In this document: positions 47,184 through 55,680 of the stretch, in pieces
Position numbering within the stretch: position 1 is the stretch's first letter
Layout: every line of letters starts with the position of its first letter
NCBI GenBank assembly: GCA_937915545.1
Contig: CALGIJ010000021.1
Span: 36,815 to 100,814, forward strand
Reading direction: 5' to 3'
Origin: an uncultured Desulfobacterales bacterium
Lineage (GTDB): Bacteria > Desulfobacterota > Desulfobulbia > Desulfobulbales > Desulfocapsaceae
DNA: 64,000 bases
Translations under genes and position numbers: made by a program
Notes under the pieces: generated by a model
What the model was told of the DNA's origin: nothing
Database searches by the model: none
The model's input: the letters and a program-made list of their open reading frames with translations, nothing else

Positions 47184-47844
47184 AGCCCTGCTGAACAGCT
47201 GGCACCAGTTCCTTGGCTTCATGGACGCCGGGGGACCGGTGATGTGGCCACTCGCTATGGTCAGCGTGGTGATGTGGTTTTTGATCATCGACCGGGCGCT
47301 GTTCATCGGCCGCCTCTATCGCCACCCCTTAAGCTTTGCGCAAGCGCACCGCCTCATCGCAACAGGGGCCCTGCCGGAAAAGCGCCAAAAAGGTGGCGCC
47401 CTAGGGCGACTGGTCACCCTGGTGCTGCTTTCCAGCCAGGATCCGCACCACTCCGCCGCGGAGGTTCTCGACCCTGCCGTCCGCGTTCTACAACGATCGC
47501 TGACCAACCACCTGGCGACCATTGGCGTGCTGGCGGCGGTGGCACCGCTGCTCGGTCTGCTCGGCACGGTCACCGGGATGATCACCACCTTCGATGTCAT
47601 GGCGCTGTTCGGCACCGGTAACGCCCGCGCCATGGCCGGCGGCATCTCCGAGGCCTTGATCACCACCCAGACCGGCCTTTTGGTGGCCATTCCCGGTCTC
47701 TACATGAAAACGTTTCTCGAGCGGCGCGCCGCCAATCTCGCCAGGCGCCTCAGCGCCGCCGCCCTCTATCTGCAACGGCATCTGCCAGTGGCCATAACCC
47801 CAACTGCAGCCCTCCCACAGGCTGCCCGCGAGACCCGATGCTGA
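47170..47844 (+). CDS. exbB: ExbB (MotA/TolQ/ExbB proton channel)
   Basis: GGPVMWPLAMVSVVMWFLI...APLLGLLGTVTGMITTF...GGISEALITTQTGLLVAIP. Confidence 0.85.
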   Translation: MVPVEALLNSWHQFLGFMDAGGPVMWPLAMVSVVMWFLIIDRALFIGRLYRHPLSFAQAHRLIATGALPEKRQKGGALGRLVTLVLLSSQDPHHSAAEVLDPAVRVLQRSLTNHLATIGVLAAVAPLLGLLGTVTGMITTFDVMALFGTGNARAMAGGISEALITTQTGLLVAIPGLYMKTFLERRAANLARRLSAAALYLQRHLPVAITPTAALPQAARETRC

Positions 47845-48263
47845 ACATCACCGCCTCCCGACGGAAAAACCGCGCCAGTGTCGAGCTGAACATGGCCCCG
47901 CTGATCGATATGGTCTTCATCCTGCTCATCTTTTTCCTGGTCACCACCAGCTTTATCAAGGAGACCGGCATCGAGGTCAGCCGGCCGACGGCGACCACCG
48001 CCGAACAAAAGGAGAAGGCCACGCTGCTCGTCGGCGTCGATGCCGACAACCGCATCTACTTCGACCACCGCGAGATCGATATACGCGCCGTGCGCGCCAA
48101 TATCGAGCGCGGGCTGGCCGAGAACCCGGAAGGGTCGGTAGTTATCGTCGCCGACAAGGCCAGCGCCACCGGCGTGGCCATCGAGGTCATGGACGGCTGC
48201 CGCCTGGCCGGGGCCAAAAACGTCTCCATCGCCGCCAAGCTGCCGCAAGGAGACGCCAGGTGA
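47838..48263 (+). CDS. exbD: ExbD/TolR biopolymer transport protein
   Basis: ELNMAPLIDMVFILLIFFLVT is the hallmark ExbD N-terminal TM. 141 aa. Confidence 0.9.
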   Translation: MLNITASRRKNRASVELNMAPLIDMVFILLIFFLVTTSFIKETGIEVSRPTATTAEQKEKATLLVGVDADNRIYFDHREIDIRAVRANIERGLAENPEGSVVIVADKASATGVAIEVMDGCRLAGAKNVSIAAKLPQGDAR

Positions 48264-48949
48264 GCTGCGCCGTCATTGCCCCCGAACAACTCGAAGGACG
48301 ATGGCCGCAACGCCTGCGAAAACTGCTGGCGCCGGCCGCGGCCGCCCTGCTGATCAACTTCGCCCTGTTCGGGCTGATGCCCTACCTGCTCACCAGGGAT
48401 GGCGGTGAAGCCAAGAACCAGGATATGGCGATTCCGGTGAACGTCATCCGTCTCAAACAACCCGAGTCACCGGTCAAACGCACCCCGGAGAAGCCGCCGG
48501 AGCCGCCGCCGCCCAAGAAAACGGTGAAGCCACCGCAGGCAAAAGCCGTCCCCACCAAGCTTTCCTTGCCCTTCGCCATCAACCCGCGCCTGCCCTCCTC
48601 CCCGTCGACCCTCAACCTGCCGGTGATGCCGCCGGGCCGCATCGGGGTGCCCACCGATATCGTGGGCGACGACGACCTCGACGCCCCGCTCAGCGTAGTA
48701 GTGCGCGTGCCGCCGGTCTACCCCCTGGGAGCGAAGAATCGCGGCACCGAGGGCTGGGTCAAGGTGCGCTTTATCGTCAATGAAGACGGCACGGTCCACG
48801 GGGTGACCGTGGTTGACAGCCAGCCGCAGAAGACCTTCGACGAAGCGGTCATCCGCGCCGTCTCCGGCTGGCGCTTCAAGGCCGGCACGGTCGGCGGGGT
48901 GCCGGTGAAGAGCCAGGCCGAAACTGTGGTGCGCTTTAAACTCGATTAA
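48260..48949 (+). CDS. tonB: TonB-family energy transducer
   Basis: N-terminal TM, a Pro/Lys-rich spacer (EKPPEPPPPKKTVKPPQAK), and a C-terminal TonB_C (PVYPLGAKNRGTEGWVKVRFIVNEDGTV...AVSGWRFK). The GTG start overlaps the exbD stop. Confidence 0.85.
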   Translation: MSCAVIAPEQLEGRWPQRLRKLLAPAAAALLINFALFGLMPYLLTRDGGEAKNQDMAIPVNVIRLKQPESPVKRTPEKPPEPPPPKKTVKPPQAKAVPTKLSLPFAINPRLPSSPSTLNLPVMPPGRIGVPTDIVGDDDLDAPLSVVVRVPPVYPLGAKNRGTEGWVKVRFIVNEDGTVHGVTVVDSQPQKTFDEAVIRAVSGWRFKAGTVGGVPVKSQAETVVRFKLD

Positions 48950-48963
48950 GCGGAGTCCCAGCC

Positions 48964-50205
48964 ATGCCTACCCACCCTCTCATTGTCAGTACCCTGCTGC
49001 TCCTCTTCCTCCTCACGTCCGCCATGCCACCGCAAGCGACGGCAGCAGAGAGCAAGAAGAACGACCTCCCCCCCGCGGCCCGGGCCATCCTCGTAAAAGC
49101 ACACCAATTGATCAACGACAAAGCCTATGCCCAGGCAACCCAAGTCCTAGCCGACTTTCAGCGCACCGCGCCCGCAGGTCAGGCCAGGACTGGCGAAGAC
49201 AAAGGTTGGTTCCATGCCGAAGTCTGCAACACTCTGGGCATCTGCCTGCTCTATCGAGAAAAATACAGCGAGGCCGCCGAAGCTCTGACCAAGGCGGTGG
49301 AGAGTGACCCCAACCACCAGGGAGCCCAGGTCAACCTTGGCAAGGCACTGTACGAACTCGGCCGGCACGGGCCGGCCGCCGAGTGCTTTCTTTCCGCCTA
49401 TACCATTGGCGGCAACACCAACCCGGAATACCTCTATTTTGCCGCCGTCGCCCGCATGCTCGACAAGCACTACGCCCAGGCCGTCCCCCTGTTCGAGCGA
49501 CTCCTCGCCGAACACCCGGCCAAGGTACAGACAGAATGGCGGGAAAATCTCATCCATGCCCTGCAGGGCGCCGGAGAACACCGCCGTGCCCTGCCCCATA
49601 TCAAAAGCCTCGGCGAGAGCCTGACTGGCGACAAGCAGCGCCAATGGCAGGAGATTCTTCTGCACCAGTACCTGTATCTCGGCATGGACGAGGAGGCCCT
49701 GGTCTACGCCGAGAAGCTGTGCGCCACAACCCCGGCAGAGCCAAAGTGGTGGCGTGCCCTGACCCATATCCACCTGCAGCACAACCGTTATAAGGAGGCC
49801 CTCTCCAGCCTGCTGATCACCAGCTATCTCAGTCCACCCACCCCCGAAGAAGCACGGCTCACCGCCGATCTCTACCTCCAGCTCGGGGTACCGCGACAGG
49901 CGGTGTCTCGCTACAAAGCTATGATCGGCGAAAAGTTCACCCCACAGTTGCTCACAAATCTGCTGGTTGCTCTGCAGCAGACGGGAAATACGGAAGAGGC
50001 CCTCAATGCCCTGGAGAAATTCGCCCCCTCGCCTCTCGCCCCCGACTTGGCGCTGCAAAGAGCCGATCTCCTCTTTACCCTTGGCCGTTACCAGGAAGCC
50101 GCCAAACTCTATAACAAAATTGCCTCCACCAGCACCGGGAAACAACGAGACCGGGCCCTACAGATGGTGGAGTATGCCAAGGCACGACTCGCAGAGAACG
50201 GGTAG
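48964..50205 (+). CDS. Secreted TPR-repeat protein (TtpD-like last gene of the TonB2-type cluster)
   Basis: Signal peptide, then repeated 34-aa TPR-like units (YSEAAEALTKAVESDPNH..., YKEALSSLLITSYL..., YQEAAKLYNKI...). Confidence 0.8.
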   Translation: MPTHPLIVSTLLLLFLLTSAMPPQATAAESKKNDLPPAARAILVKAHQLINDKAYAQATQVLADFQRTAPAGQARTGEDKGWFHAEVCNTLGICLLYREKYSEAAEALTKAVESDPNHQGAQVNLGKALYELGRHGPAAECFLSAYTIGGNTNPEYLYFAAVARMLDKHYAQAVPLFERLLAEHPAKVQTEWRENLIHALQGAGEHRRALPHIKSLGESLTGDKQRQWQEILLHQYLYLGMDEEALVYAEKLCATTPAEPKWWRALTHIHLQHNRYKEALSSLLITSYLSPPTPEEARLTADLYLQLGVPRQAVSRYKAMIGEKFTPQLLTNLLVALQQTGNTEEALNALEKFAPSPLAPDLALQRADLLFTLGRYQEAAKLYNKIASTSTGKQRDRALQMVEYAKARLAENG

Positions 50206-50289
50206 CTTCCCCGTCATGAAGGAGCAGCAGCGGTCAGGACACACCCGCCATGCTTCCTCTTCGCCACCGGCATGGGCCAGCCAGCACTC

Positions 50290-50577
50290 TCAGATCATCT
50301 CCTCGTTGCCCCATTCCTCGCCTATGGAATAGAGCGGGTCTCCCTGCTCTCCCCGGTCGCAGGCAGAAGAGAACTGCGCCACCTTACGAAAGACGCCGGC
50401 GGGGGTGTCGGCACCGCCCGACTCCTGGTAGCGGCGACAGGTTTCTTCCCGGGTGGCGCCACGATTCCATCCAGCCAGACCACCTGTGAGAGCCGCCACC
50501 CGCCGTTCTATCCACCCGCCGTGGGCGCGCCGCAGTTCATAACGCAGTTGTTTCCGCGCCGCGGCGAGAGCAGCCAC
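50290..50577 (-). CDS. Hypothetical protein (weak call; GTG start)
   Basis: The codon usage looks coding, but I recognised no motif. Confidence 0.25.
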   Translation of the reverse strand: MAALAAARKQLRYELRRAHGGWIERRVAALTGGLAGWNRGATREETCRRYQESGGADTPAGVFRKVAQFSSACDRGEQGDPLYSIGEEWGNEEMI

Positions 50578-50648
50578 CCATTCATTGCACCAGGCGTAGC
50601 CGACTCTCTTTACAGAAGAGTCGGCCTGGCATGAATTCGGCGAGTTAT

Positions 50649-50921
50649 CTACTTCTTGTGCTTATGCTCGTGGGGCTCGTGCTCATGTCCGGGATGGTCG
50701 TGATGATGAGCGGCACCCCCCTCGGGGTGGTGCTGGTGCCCGTGGGTGCTGCCATCACCGCGATGGGCATGGTCATGCTCATGTTGATAAGTGTGGGGAT
50801 GATTGTGGTGATGGTGGTGCGGATGGGAATGCTCCTTACCATCATGCTGGTGGGCATGGTCATGGTCGTGCTCATGCTCGTGGCTGTGGGTATGGCTGTG
50901 CGGGTGTTTTCCCTGGCTCAT
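50649..50921 (-). CDS. Histidine-rich small protein (90 aa, about 41% His), paralogue of 32654-32920
   Basis: MSQGKHPHSHTHSHEHEHDHDHAHQHDGKEHSHPHHHHHNHPHTYQHEHDHAH... aligns block for block with the other copy. SD GAGGAG lies 7 nt upstream of ATG 50921. Confidence 0.75.
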   Translation of the reverse strand: MSQGKHPHSHTHSHEHEHDHDHAHQHDGKEHSHPHHHHHNHPHTYQHEHDHAHRGDGSTHGHQHHPEGGAAHHHDHPGHEHEPHEHKHKK

Positions 50922-51204
50922 AATCGTTCTCCTCTGCAATTGGGGTGTTGTCGTCGATCCTCTTGCAAGTCACCCTATGCACGGTGGCCTCCCAACGCAA
51001 GGACCGAGCCGGCGCATCGCACCACCTGTGCACGGCCCTTTCTCCTGCCACAGCCTTGCCGTAACGCAACGGAAAATTTCCCCTGCCAAGCCCAGGCCAT
51101 GCCATTGTTGTTGTTCTTTTCCGGTCGACCAGATAATAATATTGCACGTGTTTTTGTGTGCAGCATGATGGTGCCTTTGGCCACCAACCTTCACGGAGAG
51201 AGCA

Positions 51205-52083
51205 ATGACCACCAACACTTATCACTTCTGGGAAAAGCACTGGCAAGAGGCGCTGACAGCCTCGCCAATGCGACGGCGTCGCCACGGTGAGGCCATGACC
51301 CGCTGGAACAAGATGGCGGGAGATTTTGCCGAACGAACCGGCGACAAGGAAAATAACGACAAGCGAGAAAAGATCCTCGCCTGGTTGAGGGACAGCGGAG
51401 CCTTGTTCCCCGGAGCCAGAACGGTCGATATCGGCGCCGGACCCGGCAACTGGGCCATTCCCCTGGCCGAAGCGGGAGCCGAGGTGGTGGCCCTGGAACC
51501 GGCTCTGGGGATGATAGAAATCCTCCGCCGCCGTATTGCTGATTCACAGGCCAACGTCACCATCCATCAGGCGACCTGGCAGGAAATCGATCTCGAAGTC
51601 CTCGGCTGGCGGAGCGGCTTCGACCTCGTCTTCGCCTCGATGACCCCCGGCGTCGACGGGCCGGAAATGCTCTATAAGATGCTGGCCGCGGCTAAGGACA
51701 GCGGCGCCTTCTGCTACCTCTCGGCGTTCGCCGGACGAGCCTGGCAGGAATGGTACGGCCCGCTCTGGCGCATTCTTTTCAACGAAGAACTCGGCGGCCA
51801 TGTCAACGACATCATCTATCCCTTCAACCTGGTTTACGCCCTCGGCTATCGGCCGGAGTTGCGCTTCGAGCAGTGGGAACGCCATGTTTCCTGGCCACGG
51901 GACAAGGCCATAGAGGATTTCAGCAATCACCTGGCAGGCTTCACTGAAATGACCGAGGAGGTGCAGGCGACCATCTCCGACTATGTCGATTCCCGTATGG
52001 TAAACGGGCGCTTCACCGAAACCCGCCGCGGTTGCCGGGGCATGATGCTCTGGGACACCCGGCTCCGCATCGACGGAAAGTGA
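51205..52083 (+). CDS. Class I SAM-dependent methyltransferase
   Basis: Motif I VDIGAGPGNWAIPLAEAGAEVVALEP. Post-I/II DLVFASMTP. Confidence 0.85.
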   Translation: MTTNTYHFWEKHWQEALTASPMRRRRHGEAMTRWNKMAGDFAERTGDKENNDKREKILAWLRDSGALFPGARTVDIGAGPGNWAIPLAEAGAEVVALEPALGMIEILRRRIADSQANVTIHQATWQEIDLEVLGWRSGFDLVFASMTPGVDGPEMLYKMLAAAKDSGAFCYLSAFAGRAWQEWYGPLWRILFNEELGGHVNDIIYPFNLVYALGYRPELRFEQWERHVSWPRDKAIEDFSNHLAGFTEMTEEVQATISDYVDSRMVNGRFTETRRGCRGMMLWDTRLRIDGK

Positions 52084-52499
52084 GCAGGCAGCGTCGGCAG
52101 CGATGATCCCGCTCTTCTCCCTCTTGGCGCTCGTGACGCTGCCGGCCGCGACAGTACGCCTCTATCCCCGGATCGAGAACCAGCGAAAACGATGGCAGCA
52201 TTACCGGTTCTTCTTCCCGAAGGAGGGAACTGGGGAGACCCAACCCCTTTCACTGATTACCCTCGCGGGCCTGGGGGTGGGTGACAATGGCTCTTGTCGT
52301 CGACAGCCTGCCGCAACGCGACGAAAAGGCCCTGCTGGCCAGGCTGGCAAAAAGTTGCCCGGTTGAAAACGGTAGACCGCCAAACGTTTCCCGCTGCCCC
52401 TCGTCGTTGACATGACAATCTGCAGGGGACTGCGGCCGAGGTCGTCTTTTCCCTCGACTATGCCAGGCAACACGCCCCAACCTGGTCCTCTTCCCAAGG

Positions 52500-52720
52500 T
52501 GAGGTGACTGCCATCAGCGGTGAAGATTTGGCGATCATGGTGCGGCTGGGCCGGCCGCTGGCCTTCACACTCGACAAGGTTGACCGGTCCCGCATCATCC
52601 CAAGCAAACGGCAAGGATAATCGCCGACCAGATTGCTATCCTCAACCAGGGCGAAATCACCCAACCGGGGCCACCACAGAGATATTCGCCACAAGGGCAG
52701 AGGTCTCGGCCCCCCTCCGT
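52500..52720 (+). pseudogene. Possible remnant of an ABC-transporter ATPase (degenerate signature and C-terminal block, internally deleted)
   Basis: ISGEDLAIMVRLGRPLAF resembles LSGGxxQRVxLARAL. ARIIADQIAILNQGEITQPGPP, in another frame, resembles A..ADRIAIL..G.I.Q.G.P. Stops and frame changes lie between them. Confidence 0.3.
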
Positions 52721-52778
52721 AACGGGAGGTTCGAGCCACCACCTCTGCAACAATATCCACCACCAGCAAGGAGCGTGA

Positions 52779-52990
52779 CAATGTCCGCCCGAGCGATCAC
52801 CGAAAGTGAACTGTTCAAAAGATGTCTGGAGTCTCATGGCCATCTCTGCCCAGGGCTCTCCCTGGGCTACCAGGCGGCGATGGCCAGCATGATATCGCCG
52901 CCCGGTGCGATGTCGATCAGCACCTCTACGACAGCATGACACAAGCTGGCGCCAACCCCTGCCACGAGGCCGGCCTAACGAGAAAGTAAC
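52779..52990 (+). pseudogene. Frameshifted FmdE-like gene fragment
   Basis: MSARAITESELFKRCLESHGHLCPGLSLGYQAAMA matches the FmdE HGHxCPxL motif. After a frame change it continues as DIAARCDVDQHLYDSMTQAGANPCHEAG (compare E..C.VDAIQ..TGC..GKG), then hits stops. Confidence 0.45.
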
Positions 52991-53317
52991 GCTACACCGC
53001 GACGTCAGAAAGGGCGGTGCAGCCGCAGCGCTCGGTATGAGACCACCAGCAAATGCCACGGAACCGGGTATTTTGCCTGTGCGACTAAACCTGAGCGCCG
53101 GAGATGCGCAACCGGCCGTACCGATAAACCTTGTCGATGCTGGCACTTTGCAGTACTCTGGTTTCCCAACAATTCCTGACTCGCCGACAAAACACAACAC
53201 CGCCCAGACATTGCACAAGGATCATCGATGAGAGACCCCCACGCCCTTTCGAAGGAAACGGCCCCACACGGTGGCGACGGCCCCCCATCGTCGAGGAGCG
53301 GAGCCCGCCTGCTCTTT

Positions 53318-54505
53318 ATGACCTCCGTCCCCTTTTTCCAGTGGCGCGGCTCCTCAATCCGCATCGCCTTCAACGTCCAGGCCCTGGCGGAACTCGGTTA
53401 CGAGGTCGACCTGCTCACCATCCCCGTGGGCGAGACGAGGGACATCCCCGGGGTCAGGGTGCATCGCGTCGCCAACCCCCTGGGAGTGAAAAACATCCCC
53501 ATCGGCCCGTCGGCGCACAAGCTGATCTTCGACCTGCTCATCCTCCTCAAGGCCCTCCGCCTCATCTTCCACCATCGCTATAAGGTAGTGCACGCGGTGG
53601 AGGAGGTCGGCATCATCGGCCTGCTTGTCGGCCGGCTGTGCGGGGCACGGGTCATCTTCGAGAAGCACTCCGACCCCACCTCCCACAGGAAGAGCCCTCT
53701 CGTCGATCTGGTCCTCGCCCTCTACCGCCGTGTGGAATCCCTGGTCATCCGCGCCGCCGACGTGGTCATCGGCACCGGCGAGAGCCTGGTCGAGCAGGCC
53801 ATGACGGTGGCCCCGCAGCAGCGCGTGCACCATATCTTCGATATCCCCTCCTCGCTGCAAGAGGCTGACGGGGAGCGGCAGGGGGAGATCGCCGCCGCCA
53901 TGCGCCGCTGCCCCCAGGAAGTGGTCGCCCTCTATGTCGGCTCCTTTGCCGTCTACCAGGGCATCGATCTGATGTTCGCCAGCCTGCCGCTGGCCCTGCA
54001 GAGCCAGCCGCGGCTGCGTCTGGTGGTCATTGGCGGCAGCACCGAGCAGATCGCCGAGCGCCAGCGGTGGCTCACCGAGCGGGGCATCGCCGACTCGGTG
54101 CAGTTTCTCGGCCTCGTTTCCCCCGACCGCCTGCCGGATTACCTCGGCGCCGCCGATTTCCTCCTCTCGCCACGGGTCTCGGGGATCAACACCCCCTTGA
54201 AACTGCTCGACTATCTCAAGGCCGGCAGGGCAATCCTCGCCACCGACAATGTCGCCAACCGGCGCATCGTCGACGAAGAGGTAGCACTGCTCACCGAGGC
54301 CCAGCCCCAGGCCTTCGCGGCGGGAATGATCGAGCTGGCCGGCTGCCGCAGGCGCCGCGAGGCCCTCGGCATGCGGGGACGCCGCCTGGTGGACGAGAAA
54401 TACAACTTCGCCCGCTTCAAACGGCTGCTGCAGAACTGCTACGATAAGCTGCTGGTCAGCCTCGCCTGCTGCCAGGAGAGCATTTTCGGCTTCTTTCTCG
54501 TCTAA
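53318..54505 (+). CDS. Glycosyltransferase, GT4/GT1-type (GT-B fold)
   Basis: Glycos_transf_1 features LYVGSFAVYQGIDL, FLGLVSPDRLPDYLGAADFLLSPR...NTPLKLLDYLKAGRAILAT. An alternative upstream start lies at 53228. Confidence 0.85.
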   Translation: MTSVPFFQWRGSSIRIAFNVQALAELGYEVDLLTIPVGETRDIPGVRVHRVANPLGVKNIPIGPSAHKLIFDLLILLKALRLIFHHRYKVVHAVEEVGIIGLLVGRLCGARVIFEKHSDPTSHRKSPLVDLVLALYRRVESLVIRAADVVIGTGESLVEQAMTVAPQQRVHHIFDIPSSLQEADGERQGEIAAAMRRCPQEVVALYVGSFAVYQGIDLMFASLPLALQSQPRLRLVVIGGSTEQIAERQRWLTERGIADSVQFLGLVSPDRLPDYLGAADFLLSPRVSGINTPLKLLDYLKAGRAILATDNVANRRIVDEEVALLTEAQPQAFAAGMIELAGCRRRREALGMRGRRLVDEKYNFARFKRLLQNCYDKLLVSLACCQESIFGFFLV

Positions 54506-54543
54506 GGAGAGGGCGCAGGCGCTCCCTCTGCCCGGCCGGCGGC

Positions 54544-55680
54544 TCACACAGCGAACTCCATATGGAAGGCCGCCCCCTTGTCGACCTCGCTTTCCACCCA
54601 AATGCGCCCGCCATGGGCCTCCACCGCCATCTTGCAGAAGGCCAGGCCAAGGCCGGAGGAGTACTTTTTGCGGTTGGCGCCGTCGCCAACCTGGCAGAAC
54701 TTCTCGAAGATCTTCTCATGATAGGACGGCGGGATGCCGGGGCCGTCGTCACGCACATAGAGGTGCACCTTGCCCGGGTCTTCGATGATGCCGAGAGTGA
54801 TCGCCGACCCCCGCGGGGTGTGCTTCAGGGCGTTGAAGACCAGGTTCTGGATCACCCGCGCGACGAGTTCGGCGTCGCAATGCAGCGTGACGGTCTTGTC
54901 GGGGAAGTTGACGAAGATGACATGGCTGTCGACGGCACCATCGAGCAGGCTGGCGATCCCCGAAACCAGGGCCTTGAGGTCGGTCTCCTGACGATTGAGG
55001 GTCAACTCGCCTGACTCCATGCGGTGGGTGTCGAGGAGGGAGGAGACCATCTCGATGAGGTATTCGGTGGAGACTTTCACCCTCCTGACATAATCCATGC
55101 TCTTCTGGGCCGAAAGGCACTCCTCTTCGAGGAACATGGTCAGCAGGTCGATACAGCCGCGGATCGTCGTCAAGGGGTTGCGCATGTCGTGGACGATCAT
55201 GTGGATGAGGTTGTCGCGCAGGGTCTGCAACTCGAGCAGTTTCTCATAGCTCTCCTCGATTTCCCGCTTCTGCTCTTCCAGCTGCAGCTTCTGCCGGCTG
55301 AGCTTGAGATGTACGGAAATGCGCGCCAAGACCTCCCGCTCCTGAAAGGGCTTGGCGATATAGTCGATGCCCCCGACCTCGAAGGCCTTGACCTTGTCGA
55401 GGGTTTCGTTCATGGCGCTGATAAAGATGACGGGTATCTCCCTGGTCTTCTCCGTCGCCTTGATGCGCCGGCAGACCTCGTAACCGTCCATCCCCGGCAT
55501 CTTGATATCGAGCAGGATGAGGTCCGGCTGGGAAATCTCCAGCACTTTCAGCGCCATCCTGCCGCTCTGTACGGGATGGACCTTGTAGCCGAAATCCCCG
55601 AGCATCTCCATCAGCAGCTGGAGGTTGGCGACGGTGTCGTCGACGACGAGAATGCTTTGCTTGCCATAGTGTTCTTTCAC
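54544..55680 (-). CDS. Response-regulator/histidine-kinase fusion (REC + HisKA + HATPase_c)
   Basis: ILVVDDTVANL...DLILLDIKMPGMDG...YIAKPF, then VHDMRNPLTTI and GLGLAFCKMAVEAHGG. The GTG start overlaps the stop of the giant upstream gene (GTGA). Confidence 0.9.
   Translation of the reverse strand: MKEHYGKQSILVVDDTVANLQLLMEMLGDFGYKVHPVQSGRMALKVLEISQPDLILLDIKMPGMDGYEVCRRIKATEKTREIPVIFISAMNETLDKVKAFEVGGIDYIAKPFQEREVLARISVHLKLSRQKLQLEEQKREIEESYEKLLELQTLRDNLIHMIVHDMRNPLTTIRGCIDLLTMFLEEECLSAQKSMDYVRRVKVSTEYLIEMVSSLLDTHRMESGELTLNRQETDLKALVSGIASLLDGAVDSHVIFVNFPDKTVTLHCDAELVARVIQNLVFNALKHTPRGSAITLGIIEDPGKVHLYVRDDGPGIPPSYHEKIFEKFCQVGDGANRKKYSSGLGLAFCKMAVEAHGGRIWVESEVDKGAAFHMEFAV

Noticed and set aside
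50631-51290. 219-aa ORF extremely rich in Met/Val/Leu/Gly (MVVMMSG...VMVVLMLVAVGM) that looks like a multi-TM protein. Equivalent ORFs lie opposite 32654-32920.
   Set aside because: It is the mirror image of the His-rich gene: CAC/CAT codons read as GTG/ATG on the other strand. It has no SD, whereas the His-rich frame has a strong SD and a conserved paralogue.
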